Shown here piece after piece: positions 11,721 through 25,278 of a DNA stretch of 64,000 nucleotides. The notes under the pieces are model-generated. The model was given only the letters and a program-made list of their open reading frames with translations, made no database searches and was not told where the DNA came from. The position numbers and the translations under genes were made by a program. The stretch's first letter is position 1; every line of letters begins with the position of its first letter. This stretch comes from Lama glama (Eukaryota), in contig CM052818.1 in the NCBI GenBank assembly GCA_028534125.1, forward strand, positions 34,784,001 through 34,848,000, written 5' to 3'.

Positions 11721-13043
11721 TGATTTGGGGACTGTCCTCCGGGCAGCACCATCTGTGGAGTCCAGGTGATAGATGCTTTTCAGAGTAGGAAACAAGTAAG
11801 AAGTCTGTGTTGTCCTCTGAAGGAAACACATCCACGATTCTGGCCACTTGCTGCATGTCTCGGTGGCTGGACCACCATAATCGCTGCCCCCTCCGCTAGC
11901 AGGCTGGATCAACCAAGGAACAGTCTGGAAGCCTTCCTGCTGATGGGAGCACCATCTGGATATTGTCATCATATGTTCATTATAAAGGGCTGGGGCCTTC
12001 CTGAGGACATTTGAAAAATGAGTTCAAATCGTTGACTTTCAACCCTCATTTAGCCAGAGTATAACACTGTGGTAGTTTCCTTTCCATGAGGAAATTTCTA
12101 CAATTGGGAAGAGTTTATTGAAGATTTTCTTCCTTATTTCTGTGATGTGAATTATAAAATGTCTTAGAATCTTGCAAAGTAGGAAAGAATCACAATTTGG
12201 TTGACCTTTGTAATTTATCTAATGTAGTTCTTATGCAAAAAAATGCAGAAAGGAGCCTATTCGAAGGGAATTTTTTTTGTATGTTTTATATTTTATCATA
12301 AAAGAAGAGAATGTTATAGGGGTAGGTACAGAGGAATTGAAACCCAATCCTTATTTATAGACTGCTCCTGAAATGCTTCTTCCTAAAAATAAACAACTCA
12401 TGAAATACCTATTTCAGGAAGCTAGAATTTTAAGTTTTGGTCAATAGTGCTAAACACAGTAAGTCAAACTATGCCTCTTATAACTCGGGTTTTTTTTAGT
12501 GGCCAAGCTTTGATTTCAAGTAAGTGATGCATTTATCCAAAACAAACACAATGTTTTGATTTTAAATAATATTTTAAGTTAAGGAAAAAAGTAACAAATG
12601 ATCAACATGTTCCATTATTTTCATTACTCCATACTTTTTATTTTGTAAAATTTCCTCTAATGAAGCTTCACAATCACGAAGATGTTTTTAAACTGAAGCT
12701 TCATTAGCGTTTTCGTCTCTCACTTTTAAATGGTGTTATGTTCACAACATGACAAGTTTCAGAATCCTTTAAAAATGACTTTATTCAAATTGTTTTCCAA
12801 AAGAGATTTTGTGCCAGTTGTCTTTCATGCCATTCAGAACCACACTTGCCTGAATAAACATTTCGGATGGCCTTGGTATCATCTGAGCCCGAGTGACAGC
12901 AAATAATGAAGCAAAACTGCAGAAATTGTCCAGCCTCTTTTGTGTGAATCAAGTCAACGAATTAGCTGAGGCTCTGACAGCTTTGCCTTTGTCTGCTGAG
13001 ATGGATTGTCCAATAATTCCACTGAAATTCCAATCCGAGCAAT

Positions 13044-13452
13044 AAGACAAATAGATCAATGGAAGAGAATAGAGAGCCCAGAAATAGACACAGGCAAATA
13101 TAGTCAGCTGATCCTTGACAAATGAGTAAAGGCAATTAAATGGCAAAAGAAAGAACAGTCTTTTCAACAAATGGGGCTGGAACAACAGGACACCCAGAGG
13201 CAAAAAAAAAAGAGAGTGAGAGAGAGATTGAGGGAGAGAATTGAGACCCAGATCTTACACTCTGCACAAAAATTAAATCAAAATGGCCTATAGTTCTAAA
13301 TGTAAAATACAAAACTATAGAACACACAGAAGATAACATAGGAGAAAATCTAACTGACCTTGTGTTGGGTGATGACTTTCTGGATACAATGCCAAAAGTA
13401 TGATCCATGAAAGAAATGATTAAGTTGAACTTTGTTAAAATTAAAAACTCCA
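13044..13452 (+). mobile_element. Internal L1 ORF2 fragment
   Basis: AGACAAATAGATCAATGGAAGAGAATAGAGAGCCCAGAAAT...GTCTTTTCAACAAATGG motifs typical of late ORF2. Confidence 0.85.
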
Positions 13453-13661
13453 CTCAGCCCATCTGAGCAATAGACAGAGCCAGGACAATACTCATGGTTC
13501 TGAAAGATGTGTTTCCTTCTCCAGATTTAACATCTGATATTTGGAAGATGGCAACACAACACGGTTGATATTTTTATAATCAGGGAAATTGACTTCTTAT
13601 AGGCCACAGATTTATCTTTACCATCTGCTTTGCTGCTGTTTCACTATCATATTTATGGTAT

Positions 13662-14448
13662 TATTAAAAAGATAAAAAATAAAGGTTAGGGAGGATATGG
13701 AGAAAAGAGAACCCTTGTGCACTGTTAGTGGGAATGTAAATTGGTGCAGCCGCTGTGGAAAACAGTATGAAGGTTTCTCAAAAAATTAAAATAGGACTAC
13801 CATCTGATTCAGAAATTCACATATTAACTGGAAAAGACATCCACACCCCATGTTCATTACAACATTATTTACGATAGCCAAGATATGAAAACAACCAACC
13901 TGTCCACTGATGGACAAAGAAAATGTGAGATATATTTATACACATACATACATAATGGAATATTATTCAGCCATAAAAAGAAAGAAATCCTGCCATTTGC
14001 GACAACATAGATGGACCTTGAGGGCATTATGCTAAGTGATAAATATCTACTGTATGATCTCACTTATATGTGGAACAAACAAACAAATAAAATGTGCTCA
14101 TGGTTACAGAGAACAGATTGGTGGTTGCCAAGGGTGGGTGTGGAGCGAAGTGAATGAAAATGGTCATAAGGTACAAAGTTCTAGTTATAAAATAAGTCCG
14201 GGGGTGTAAAGCACAGGATCAAGACTATGGTTGATAACACTGTATTTTACATTTGAAAGTTGATCTTAAAAGAGAGTAGATCTTAAAAGTTCTCATCACA
14301 AGGAAGAGAAAATTTGTAGCCAAGTCTGGTGATGGATGTTAATTAGACTTGTTGTGATGACCATTTCACAATATGCACCCACATCAAATCATTATGTTGT
14401 ACACCTGAAATGAATATAATGTTATATGTTATACCTTAATTGAAAAAA
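13662..14448 (+). mobile_element. L1 3' end (L1MA-like)
   Basis: GGGAATGTAAATTGGTGCAGCC...TGTACACCTGAAA followed by an A-rich tail. Confidence 0.85.
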
Positions 14449-16127
14449 GGAGTATGTTGTTTAATTTCCATGTTTTTGTAAAATTTCCAGTTTTCCTTCT
14501 GTTACTGATTTCTAATTTCATTCCATTGTGATCAGAGATGTTTTTAATATTTCAATCTTTTAAAACATATCAAGACTTGTTTCATATAATACTATTTCAT
14601 AAATGACCAGAGTCTATTCTATTTGTTTTTTATGTGAACGCTTGTTATTACAATATTATGGGAATTTATATTTTAATAAAGACATTTAATTAGTTCTAAA
14701 AAAAAGAGTTGTAAACTCTAGTCAGTTGTATATAATCTCCTGTGCAGTGCAGGGTCAAGTCCCATATTCAGTGATAATATTATAGTATATACACTTCTCA
14801 AATTATTTTCTAAAGTACTGCTTTATTTTTACAACAAACGTCAAGGAGTGAAGGTGGCCTCCTTCAGGGCATGGGCTTCCGAGGGAAGGTAAGCACTCAG
14901 GTCTGAGCTCCCTGCCACCTCCCTCAGTTACTGTTAGCTGTGTAGTCATGAGCCTGTCACGTGGCATTTCTGGGCGGCTGTAAATTAAAGCCCTGCAATG
15001 TGATTTGTAAGTGACCTGTTTGTCCCTCAGATTGTCCTTGGTTTCTAGAGAATTTGGTATGCATTTTAAATGATATTTATTCTGTATTTCTAGGTGCCTG
15101 CAGTGGGGAAGAGGAGATGGGCTGCCAGGTTGCCTGGCTTAAAGCACATACATGATGCATGATCAACTATCATGTATGCATTCATCCTCTCACTCCTTTA
15201 ACATTATTTACTGGGCACCTACCGTGTACCAGAAACAGTTAGGCACTGGGGATCCGTTGGTCAACCAGGCAGATTTGATCCCTGCTCTCAGAGAGCCTGC
15301 TCCCTGGCTGGTAGAAAGGCTTTCCTCAGTCTTTTCACGCGGTCCATCAGCTCTGTAATCTCAATCACCCACCAATATTATTTCTCCCACCTGTGCTTCT
15401 AAAGACAACGTCCTCCGGATCCACTTGAGATCGGTTGCTCCCTAGGCCAGCAGCACAGCCCTGCAGGGTCTCAGGTCTCCCTCTCTCCCAGTGTACTTTT
15501 TTATTTTGCCGGATTATGTCCTCCAATAGAGTCCTGAGGAAGAGAGCAAGGGAAGGAAACATTTACATTTTTGTGTGTCTGATTACATCACTTCACATTT
15601 TACAAGTAATGTAAATGAGTTTAGAATTCTGCATAGAACATCCTTTTCACTCAGAATTGTTTTCGAGGTCTCAGTGTTACGTTAGGAACATTTATATCAT
15701 CCAGGTTCTTGAGTCTTTTGTATATGACCTATTTTTCCCCTCTGGATGCTCTTTTATCCTTGGAGTTCTGAAATGTCACGATGACATTCCTGGGTGAAGG
15801 TAATTTTTTTGCTTTTTTTTTTTGTGCTAGGCTTTTTCAATCTGGAGACTAAAATCCCTCAGTTCTGAGAAGTTTTCTTATATTCTCTCTCTGATAATCA
15901 CCTTCCTTCAGCGTTCCTTTCTATTTTCTTTTTCTGGACCTCCAACTTGCCAAATTTTAGCCTTTGGTTTGGGCGCCTAGATTTCTTATCATTTCCTCCT
16001 GCTTTCCATTTCTCACTTTTTTTATGTGTTTTCCTTTCAAGGAGATTTCCTAGACTTTTATCTTCTAATTCTTTTCTTGAATCTTTTATTCCAGTTGACA
16101 GTTTTTATTTTGGAGAATTCTGTCTCA

Positions 16128-16207
16128 TTCTTTGTTTCTTTTCGTTTTTTTTTTTCTTCTTTCTTTTTCTTTTTCTTTTTCTTTTTTTCTTTTTTCTTTT
16201 TTTGTTT
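16128..16207. repeat. T/C-rich low-complexity tract within old L1 sequence
   Basis: (TTTTTC)n-like run; it explains the Phe-rich ORFs. Confidence 0.9.
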
Positions 16208-19200
16208 ATGACATCCTGGTCTTGCTTTATGGATTCAATATTATCTCATATCCAAGAATATTAATTAAAGTGAGTTGGGGATTTTTATTTAGTTTTCTGC
16301 ATTGTTTTTTTCCCCCTTGTTTCCTTTTTCTGTTTTTTGTCTGTTATTTTATTCTCTCATTTATGTTAACACGAAGAACTGAATATCTGTTAAACCTGAG
16401 GGTCAGGTATGTGAATTTTTATTAATTTTTCTATACTTTTCTATGTGTTGGAATGATTTCATATGTATATCCTAAGCAGATTGGAAAGCATTCATCTGTC
16501 CTCATGACTGGAGACGTTTGACAGAGAACAATCTGCAAAGAGCCTCCCTTTTAGCTGGTGAACCTCCAACGGTAGTATTTGTGAGTCTCTTCTCTTGGGC
16601 CAGGTTTTTCAGAGAAGACATTTCTTATCTTTGGCCTGGCTGCATGTCTGGTTGAAAAATTCTGAGAAAGGGAGGGGAGAGGAAGGAAAGACTCAGGGAG
16701 CCCACTGTTCAAGATGCAGTTTCCACTGAACTCCTGGGTTTTCACCCTATGGCTCATCTGCACCTTTCCCTGTGCCTGGTGTCCTCAAATCTGTGGGCCC
16801 TGTCATTCTATTTTTGCAAATAAGCCTCTAGGAAGCGAACTCTTGGCTGTGAGGGGTGGGGGGAGGTGGACACCGGGGGATCCCATTCTTTCTTATACAG
16901 ACTTTCTACCCATACCCATTTTTAACCCATCACCACCATGTTTATCTTCTACATGGACCCTGGTACCTCTAAATCTTGGAACTCGTGAGATTCAGGGAAA
17001 ATTTGCTCACCATTTATTGGCATCCACCTTTGAAAACAGTTAAATTGTAAGCTTCCACTCTAGAATAGTTAACTCTGTTTTCCGCTCCCATTTTTTAAAC
17101 ACCTGGGGCAATATTTGCATAAATAAAATTTTAAATTCTCATAGATGTCTTTTGCTTTTTTTTTTTTTGGTCTTTGTAGGATTGTATTTTTAAAAATTCT
17201 TTTATTCCCATCTTATTGGGGGTTTGGAGAGAGAATTTAATTTTGTATGGCTGTGTTTACCATAAATTCTTCATGATGGATCTTACGGGCTCTGGGAAAG
17301 CTTCCGGTGCTGCAATGGAGATCTGCAGTTCCCAAGAATGGTCACAAGGTGGCTCAGTGACTCCATATTTACTTTATAGTTTCTCCATACTCACCCTTGC
17401 CAACCCACGAGAGTATTGTGAGTCTTGGTTAATCCAGCAGAAGGGAACCACGGAATCATAGAATATTTACATCGAGTCTCTGAGGCTTCCTAGTCCACCT
17501 CCTTTTAGAGACAAGGCAACAGAGATCCACCACCAAACCAGAATTTGCAGCAGAACCTGCTGAAACAAAGAAATGGAGGCTGCACCATACGGATCTTAGC
17601 AAAGATTTTGCATTGGTGGCAGCTATGTTGTTTCCTTGACAATTCTTGGGAAGTGAAGTTCAGCAGCAGGGACTGCGGCCCCTTAGATATCATTATAAAC
17701 ACACACACACAAACACCCTTTATGGTTAAATACAAAATTTTAAAACCTACATGAAACAAATGTGTATATTAATGTATTGCTATAAGGCGAACACCCTTGT
17801 AAGCAACATCCATGCCAGTGGACAGGATTTTGCTGTCCCCAAACCCTCTGTGTGCCCCAACCATTTATAACTCCTCCCTCCCTGCTAAGAATATTCCCAC
17901 CTGACTTTTGGAGTAATTATCTCTTTAATATTCTTTATAGTATGTTACCTCTGTACTTCCCTAAACACATTATGGTTTAGTTTTGCCATTTTTTTCTCTT
18001 TCTGTCTTTTGTTAACTTACAACCTCTCTCTCTCCATTGAAATTTAATTGTTGGATAGATTAGATCAATGGTCTTGTAAAGTTTGCCAGTCTGGATTTTG
18101 TTGATTGATGTAGTTTAATATATTCCTCTATCCTCAGATTTCCTATAAATTAATAGTTGGATCTAGATCAGAGGTTTGATCTGAAGGTTTTGAGGGGGTT
18201 TTGTTTTGTTTTTGGCATGGCCTTAGTATATGTGTTTTGTTCATGGTCAGAAGATACATAAATGCTAGATTTCTTTTTGTTGGCTCTCTTTGTGATGCTA
18301 GTAGCCATTCCTAGATCTATTAATTCATCAGAGGTTGAAAAATAGGAAAACTAATTCTATTTCTCCTACGTTTGCTGAAATATTTCTTTATAGAGAAACT
18401 TCTCGTTTACTATTGTTGGGGAGAAAATTTTTCTCTACTCTCTTAGATTCGGTGTTTGGGAGTTTGCAAATTAAACTGACAAGACACTGACAAAAAGCGA
18501 TCCCTATCCTAGGAATTTATTCTTTAAACATTTATTTTCTAGGTAATTCTTAAGTGGCTTGTTAGGAGGAAAAACAGAGCTTAGCTTGTGCTGATTAAGC
18601 AGGAGGAATGAACAGCCCATGCTCCAGTGTTCTCACATTTGCAGGGATGTGGAGGACACCATGGTGGAAGGCACAGAAGAGCAGCCCCGTACCCTACAGA
18701 ATTACTCCAGGTCTGTCTCTCTCACCCAGTAAGCTCACCTGGAGGAAGCACTGCTCAATTAGCATCTGCATCACACGGGTAGTTTCATGGCAGCATCTGC
18801 CTTCAAAATCTTCCGGACCGAGTTGTTTGTGTGACTGACAGTGAGAATCTGAAGAGGCTGTAATGGAATATTCCAGGCATTTCAGAAGAGGCACAGGTGA
18901 AATGGCCTCTCCTTTGGGTCCTATCATTTTCAAATCAGTATCAGCTCTGCTACCTACACACTGGGGTCTAAAGCAAATGGACCATTTTCACTTAACACTA
19001 AAATCCTGCACTTCAAGCACTCACAAGAGCTTCATCTTGGATGGACTACTCTCAACTGTCTAGACTACTCTCAAAAGACCAAGGCCATTTCACAGTCTAA
19101 TGAGAAAGTTACTTTAAGCAATAAACTGTCTATAGCAAGTCAAATCAGAAAGCTACAAACCTAGACCCTATTACTTAAGCTCCCTGTAGAAATGCCATCA

Positions 19201-21334
19201 ATTTACAACAATTTACAATTTACTCTCATGGTTTACTGAAATCCAAAAAAAAAATTGGAAAAGAAAAATAGAAGCAAATCTATGCATTTTATGAGCTTAC
19301 ATTGGAGACATTTTAACTTTGTAGTTCATGACAATTAATGGCAGAAGTTTCTGGATTCTGTGCTACAGATTTTCTTTCCTTAGCAACTGTTACGCCCTCT
19401 ATAACTAGATACAACAGGAACCCACCACCGCTTTTTATCTTGGTGCTGGAAGTTTCAGATCTAAACTAAATGTCCTGGCAATCCTTTCACTTGGAACACT
19501 CCAATTCCCTACCTGGCTCTTGGTCTTACAGTCATGCTGATCTCAAATACAACTAGGAAGTTGACATAAACTACATCCAACTGCCTTTTCCTCCCTCCCC
19601 TATCTTTTGAGTTACTTCACTATTATTACTCGCTGCTGTAGCCATTAAGTAATGAAAGTCCCCCTCAAAGTACATAGCCTCAGGAAGCCAACAAAGAGAA
19701 TTATGAAAAGCAACTGCATCACATTCCAGTCAAAAGATGGTTTTAAGTAGAAAACATACAATCAACAAGGTGGTGAGGGATAATACAGGCTTAAAGTAAA
19801 AAGTAGTGAACTGAATACTTTTCAAGGGCATTACTCTGTCAGAGGTGCCAAGGTTAGGCTGAATGGCTACTTTAACTCATCAAGTAAGGCTACACTCCAG
19901 CACTTTCTGTTGGCTCCGGTACATGTTTATTACCCCCATTGTAATCAGTATAACCAAGCCTCAGGACCTTATCCTCAGAAACTGTGATAAGGTAAAGGTG
20001 AAAATAGGGAAGAGGCAAACAGGCTTGGCTTCAAAATCCAACTCCAGCACCAACTGGCTGTGCAACCGTAAGCAAATTACTGAAACTGAGTGTTTATTGT
20101 GTAAAAAAGGTACTACTCCTCCAGGTTGTTGATACAACACAAAGAACCCAGAACAGCGCCACAAGTACCCAGTCAGCTCCCTAGTTGGCGAGAAATACTC
20201 TCCTCTTCACACACTCCCCTGAACACTGCCCACGTCACCTTGCCCTCTGCCATCATTTTAGTCAGGTCCTACTCATAGCTCAACTTCCTATGTGATCTCT
20301 AGAACCCTTTGGCTTCTCCTCTTGCAACCCATCCAGACCTATTTTTCTCAGACACGCTGCTCTCCGCACTGTCAAGGACTGACCAGGACTCCCTGTTGTC
20401 TATCACACTGGCCAGTGAGACTCCTGGTTTCCCACGCAAAACATAGCTTGTTTCTAATTTTTTTGTGGCCCCTTCCAAACCTCTCAGCCCTAGCCATTCA
20501 GTCCACATACCTAAGAACCAATTCATGTCCCTCTTCCCTCAAAAAGCCACCCAACTCCTCTCGCCAACTGAACTTGCTCTTCTACTAATACAGCACTTAA
20601 AATCTGGATCACAACTATCTGGCTCTTATATATGGTTAGTTGAATACTGCTTCTTCTTTCTAATCTAGATCATAAATTTAAGGGCAGAGGTCATGGTCTG
20701 TTTTCCTGTACCAATCTCAAAGGCAGAATCACCGGCCCCACCCTAGGCACACAAGAATGTATGCTGGCGGGAGTGAATACAGAAGCATTAAAAGTGCTCT
20801 GGGTGATCCTTATAAAAACTGCAGTATGGAAAATATCCCATATATCCTTCCAGCAGAGGTAATCTTAACAAATATTCATTGACTAGTAAACCCTTAATAC
20901 AGGGTCAAACATTTCTTTCACCACTACTACATATGAAGAAAACCAAAGCTGTTGCTCCAGCATGAGAATGGTTCACAAAAAAGTAGGAAACACTTTACAT
21001 GTTTCAAGTAAGAGGACAGTCACTGCTAAAAACAAGGATTCACCATTCAGTATGCAGCCCACCTTGGTGGCCCTGGCTCACAAACTGCCTTCAGTTAGAG
21101 CTGGCCTCTGGCACATTCCAGTATTGTTAGCTGGCAAGTGACTAGGGTTGTGCTCTGACACCAGGATCTTTTTATTAATGCAGTTTCTTCGGAAGGTAAT
21201 TCTTGAAATTGCCTTCTCACCTTTTCCTAGCTTGAAAAAGTTATTTCTCTTCTATTTCTGCTCCTCTAACATCGAGTCTGCTATTCTGCATTATTTGCAG
21301 AAGGAATCTTCCATCTTCAACTCCACAAATAAAT

Positions 21335-21416
21335 GAAAACCAAGCCACACAGTTGGAAATCAAGTTTTGTTTTTATATGAACAGAAGTAGACCATCTAGA
21401 AATATTTCAGTTTATT
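21335..21416 (-). terminator. Distal polyadenylation region of RAB10
   Basis: AATAAA at 21411-21416 and variant TATAAA at 21372-21377 (minus strand), followed by GU-rich CTGTGTGGCTTGGTTTTC. Confidence 0.75.
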
Positions 21417-23793
21417 TAAATTGTTAAGTAGAGTATGAAACCGAATTTGTAGCTAGTACCAGAGAATGGACTTAACTGTTTGGTGTTTAATGAGAACAGC
21501 TTCTACACAGGATCCCAAGAGACTTACAGAAAAAGGGGCAAAGCCCTAATATTAAGCAAATAAAACTCATGTTTCAAACAGGTTATACAAAAATTGATTT
21601 ATACTCCATTTCCCTTTTTTTTGATATTTAGAAAGTGCAGATTTAACAAAAGGTAGCCATATCCTTTCTATATACAATGCCGATTATAATTATGCAAACA
21701 ACAAAACTGTCAGTCTGTTATCCAAAAATCCCAGTGTTTAGCTCTCAAACCTTAAGTCACTCAACTGAATAAGGATTAAAGAGGGTTAAAAATAAAAAAG
21801 CTACTGCCACATTCCAGATAAAGGAAAGCAACAAACACATTAAAATTAATCCAACAAGAGGAGGTTTAACCTAAAATTTTTTGAGAAGCTTAATTTAACA
21901 TTTCATTTCATTATTATTTTTAGTGGAAAATTAGGGATTATTTGGCAATGCTGCTTTTACTAGTAGTAAACAATGATAAAGTCAAGTGAGGGGAAAACCT
22001 ATCAACAACCACCAGTGAGGCATATAAAACTGTTTTTAGAGCACTATCTGAAAAATTCATGGATGTTCATAGAAGATACGTCCCTGTGTTGTTTATGTGC
22101 GCCAAGAGGGCATTAAAATGCTATTCACGACACAGAAAGACTTTTCAATGGAAGCTGCTGTCCTAAACTCAGCCTCTGCTAGAAATGAATCATGCTATTC
22201 ACAATTATTTCAACAAAGGTATCATCTTAGGATGCTAGCAGCATAGCAAACCTAACTTACCCTATCCTAAAGATAAGCAATGAAGCAAAACTAGAAAAAT
22301 GAAGTTAAAAAAAAAAAAGGACAGGGTGAGAGACAGCTAGAGATCTTATCTTTACATGAAAAGCCTTTGTTGTCCTTTTCCCAAATCCATGGTAATACAA
22401 GTTTTCCAAAGGGATGTGAAGATGGGACTTAATAATAGTCTGAAGTATTTCTAAATCTTAAGGTAAAGACAACTTAACACTGAAAAAGTGTTCTTCAAAG
22501 GCCAAATCCCAATATATTTGGCAGACATGTTAATAAATTTCACTCCTCCGTCTCACCTTTTTGAAACAACCTTTACTGGGCTACCACACTGCTAGAGGAG
22601 TTGCCAAAGTGGAGACTACTCAAATTTAGGTTAAGAAATTTGTTCTAGGAAAGTGAACAGGCTATATACCTAATTAGAAAGACAAACCACAACACCCTCC
22701 AAACACTAGTGCATGCAATTAACTCTTCCATTTCATAAACTCAATGGAGAGACAGGAAGGGAACAATGAGGGAAGAAGAGGAACATGAAGTCAAACAGCA
22801 AACAAAGGAATCTGGGACAGAAGGTTTAGGGGAGAGAAAATGAGAGGAAGACACAATTAACTGACATTTGATAGTAGGCAGTTAGAATTTATCTTTCAGT
22901 TTACTTAGCAAGTTAAATCAGTGCTTTGTGTTAAATCTGACAAACCTACAAGTTTGCCCCTTTCATTTTTAAATAACTCATACCACGAAGTGGTGAGGGA
23001 GAAGCAAATAAAGCAGCATGCAGAAAGAGACACGAGGAAAAAGTGGCCAAGGAAAAGAACTGGCGGTAGGAATAGTTTTAAATACCAAGGCCACTTAAAT
23101 GAGACGCAGCAAACCAAAGCCATCCTTTCTGCATTACCCTTTGTCCTCACTTAACTACTCTGAATATTACAGCCAAGCAAACCACAAACATTTTAATGCT
23201 TTATATTTCGATATGTCTCCTGCACATGCTTCCACCAAAACAAACAAAAAAAAAAGGAAAAACCAAAGAAGTTCCTTTCCACATAAGGCACAGGACAAAA
23301 ATAACCCCATTTACATATTCAAGGCGAAAATGAGTGTTTTCCTGGCTTTTGTTTCTTTTGCTATGTCTATAGATTATAGGGACTCAAGCACATTATCCAT
23401 GACAGAAAATTCCACTGTTGTACAAAATAAAATTGTTAATTCTAACTTTTATTCTTATACAATTTGCAGAATAGAGTTGAAATGATTGCTATAGGTTTTA
23501 ATGTTGATAAGAAGAACTGGATTATAATACAACTGAAATGCAGTGGTGAGCTGAGCAAGTACATTTAAAAATGAACTCACAGACATGATTTTTCTATACA
23601 TTTTTTTTGTTTGAAGAAAATTATAAAGTCAGCAAGCAGTCACAGATGAAAGAACAAATAAAATAGGTGGACTGGATAGTTAAGATGGGGAACAAAAATA
23701 TCTGTTTAGAGTTAAAAATGGACAGAGTGGTTTATTTTGCAGCAAGAAGAGAAAACAGGGTGGTGGATGGCAACTGATGGAACAGGAGACCGC
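21355..23793 (-). other. RAB10: RAB10 3'UTR (~2.4 kb; distal end approximate)
   Basis: Repeat-free, U-rich (sense) sequence after the stop codon, ending at a poly(A) signal cluster with a GU-rich downstream element. Confidence 0.85.
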
Positions 23794-23877
23794 TCAGCAA
23801 CATTTGCTCTTCCAGCCTGTCACGCCTCCTCCACTGCTGATATCTACGTTTTCACTGTTGGGCTCTTTTACAGGGGT
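23794..23877 (-). CDS. RAB10: RAB10 last coding exon (84 bp): [27 protein letters not shown]
   Basis: TTGCAG acceptor, hypervariable tail ending in the CC geranylgeranylation motif, TGA stop at 23794-23796. Confidence 0.97.
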   Translation of the reverse strand, partial: TPVKEPNSENVDISSGGGVTGWKSKCC

Positions 23878-25176
23878 CTGCAACAAACACACAAGGAAAG
23901 CAGCCCGTGAAAAAACACTGCCGTGGGTAAATCAAGATCAACAGAAATATTCTCATAAATGTTGATTTATGTAACAAAATGCAATTATAGTCACATGAGA
24001 TAGGTTTTCTCTCTCAGGCAAAGTAAAGAAACAGAAGCTTTGTTTCTGATCTTCATTTTGCCCTCTTCTTCCACGTTGGGAAATGTCCAGAGGCCTCCTG
24101 GCTTCCCTTTGTAGAGCTTCTGAAGTCTCTGCCCTAACTCCTGTGAAGAGATGTTACCCCTAGCCCTCCGCCCTGAGTACTCACTGCTTAAACAGCATCT
24201 AGCACATGTATAAAGCCAGTGATGGATCATGTCTAATTTCAGAGACGTGAAAACAGCCCTTTTCTGTTTAGTTTTACTTGCCTTTTGAGACTGAAGCTTA
24301 TATCATGGTACCATAGCTTTAAAAAGGCAATCTCCACTCTGATATACTAACATTAAGTGGAGGAAATAGGGTGGGGCAAAACGCAAAATTGTATTATTCA
24401 TGTTAAAAATGGTTATAGAAAAAATGAAAAGGAGAGACACCAAAATGTTAACAGTAGTAATTAACCCTTAGGTGAATTTATGAATGATTTTATTTTCCCC
24501 TTTGTATAATCCTGTATTTCCCCAACACCCTAAATATTACTTTTATAATCAGAAGAACATACTATTTTAAATGGATAGCTTATACCATATGTATGAAAGC
24601 AAAATTTTCTTAGGGATAGCATACCTACAGTAAAGTATTCAAGTCTTCACTGTGCCTAGTGATGTATACGCCATGAAACCACCAGATCAAAACACAGGAC
24701 AGAACATGCCCCGAGAAGGCTCCCTAGCGTCCCTCTCCAGCCAGTACTACCCTCCTAAAGGGAACCAGTACTTGGATTTCATCACCATTGATCGGTTTTT
24801 TTCTGTTCCTGATCTTCATATACATAGAACCGTATTTTACATATTCTTTTGTGTCTGACTTCTTTTTCCCTTTGCTATCAGCCTGGGTGATTTATCCATG
24901 CTATTGTGTGTGTAACAGTGTTTTTATCCTGTTAAAAGCTAGGAATTTTAAAAGGTAGGAGTACTGTTACCACTGCTAGATCCCACAGATTTCTAGATGG
25001 CTCTCTGTTCCAATTCCTTACTTCACTTTGGAGGATTAGATATTGGTGACAGGTAAACGTTTAGAAACAATACCACCCAAACCCAATTTCTGTATGTAAA
25101 TCAAGTACTTTAGAAAAGCCTAAAAGTTCAACTGTGTCACCAGGTACCTTAGCGGTAAATAAAAACAGAAACTTAC

Positions 25177-25278
25177 CTTTCGAAGAATATCTTCAGCTAA
25201 CGTGAGGAACGCCTTTTCGATGTTTATATTTGCTTTTGCACTAGTCTCAAAAAATCTAATACCATGCTCCCTTGCAAT
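25177..25278 (-). CDS. RAB10: RAB10 coding exon 5 (102 bp): [34 protein letters not shown]
   Basis: Manual translation shows the ETSAK G5 motif. TTTTAG acceptor, AAG|GTAAGT donor. Confidence 0.97.

Noticed and set aside
15947..16425. Phe-rich membrane-like ORFs
   Set aside because: Translation of T-rich low-complexity and antisense L1 sequence.
20171..20192. Second CTCF-like motif
   Set aside because: Needs mismatches in the core and has no upstream module; too weak.
22905..23965. ORFs overlapping the RAB10 3'UTR and last exon
   Set aside because: Low-complexity or antisense frames with no recognisable domain; the stop context TGA-GCG is not a readthrough motif.
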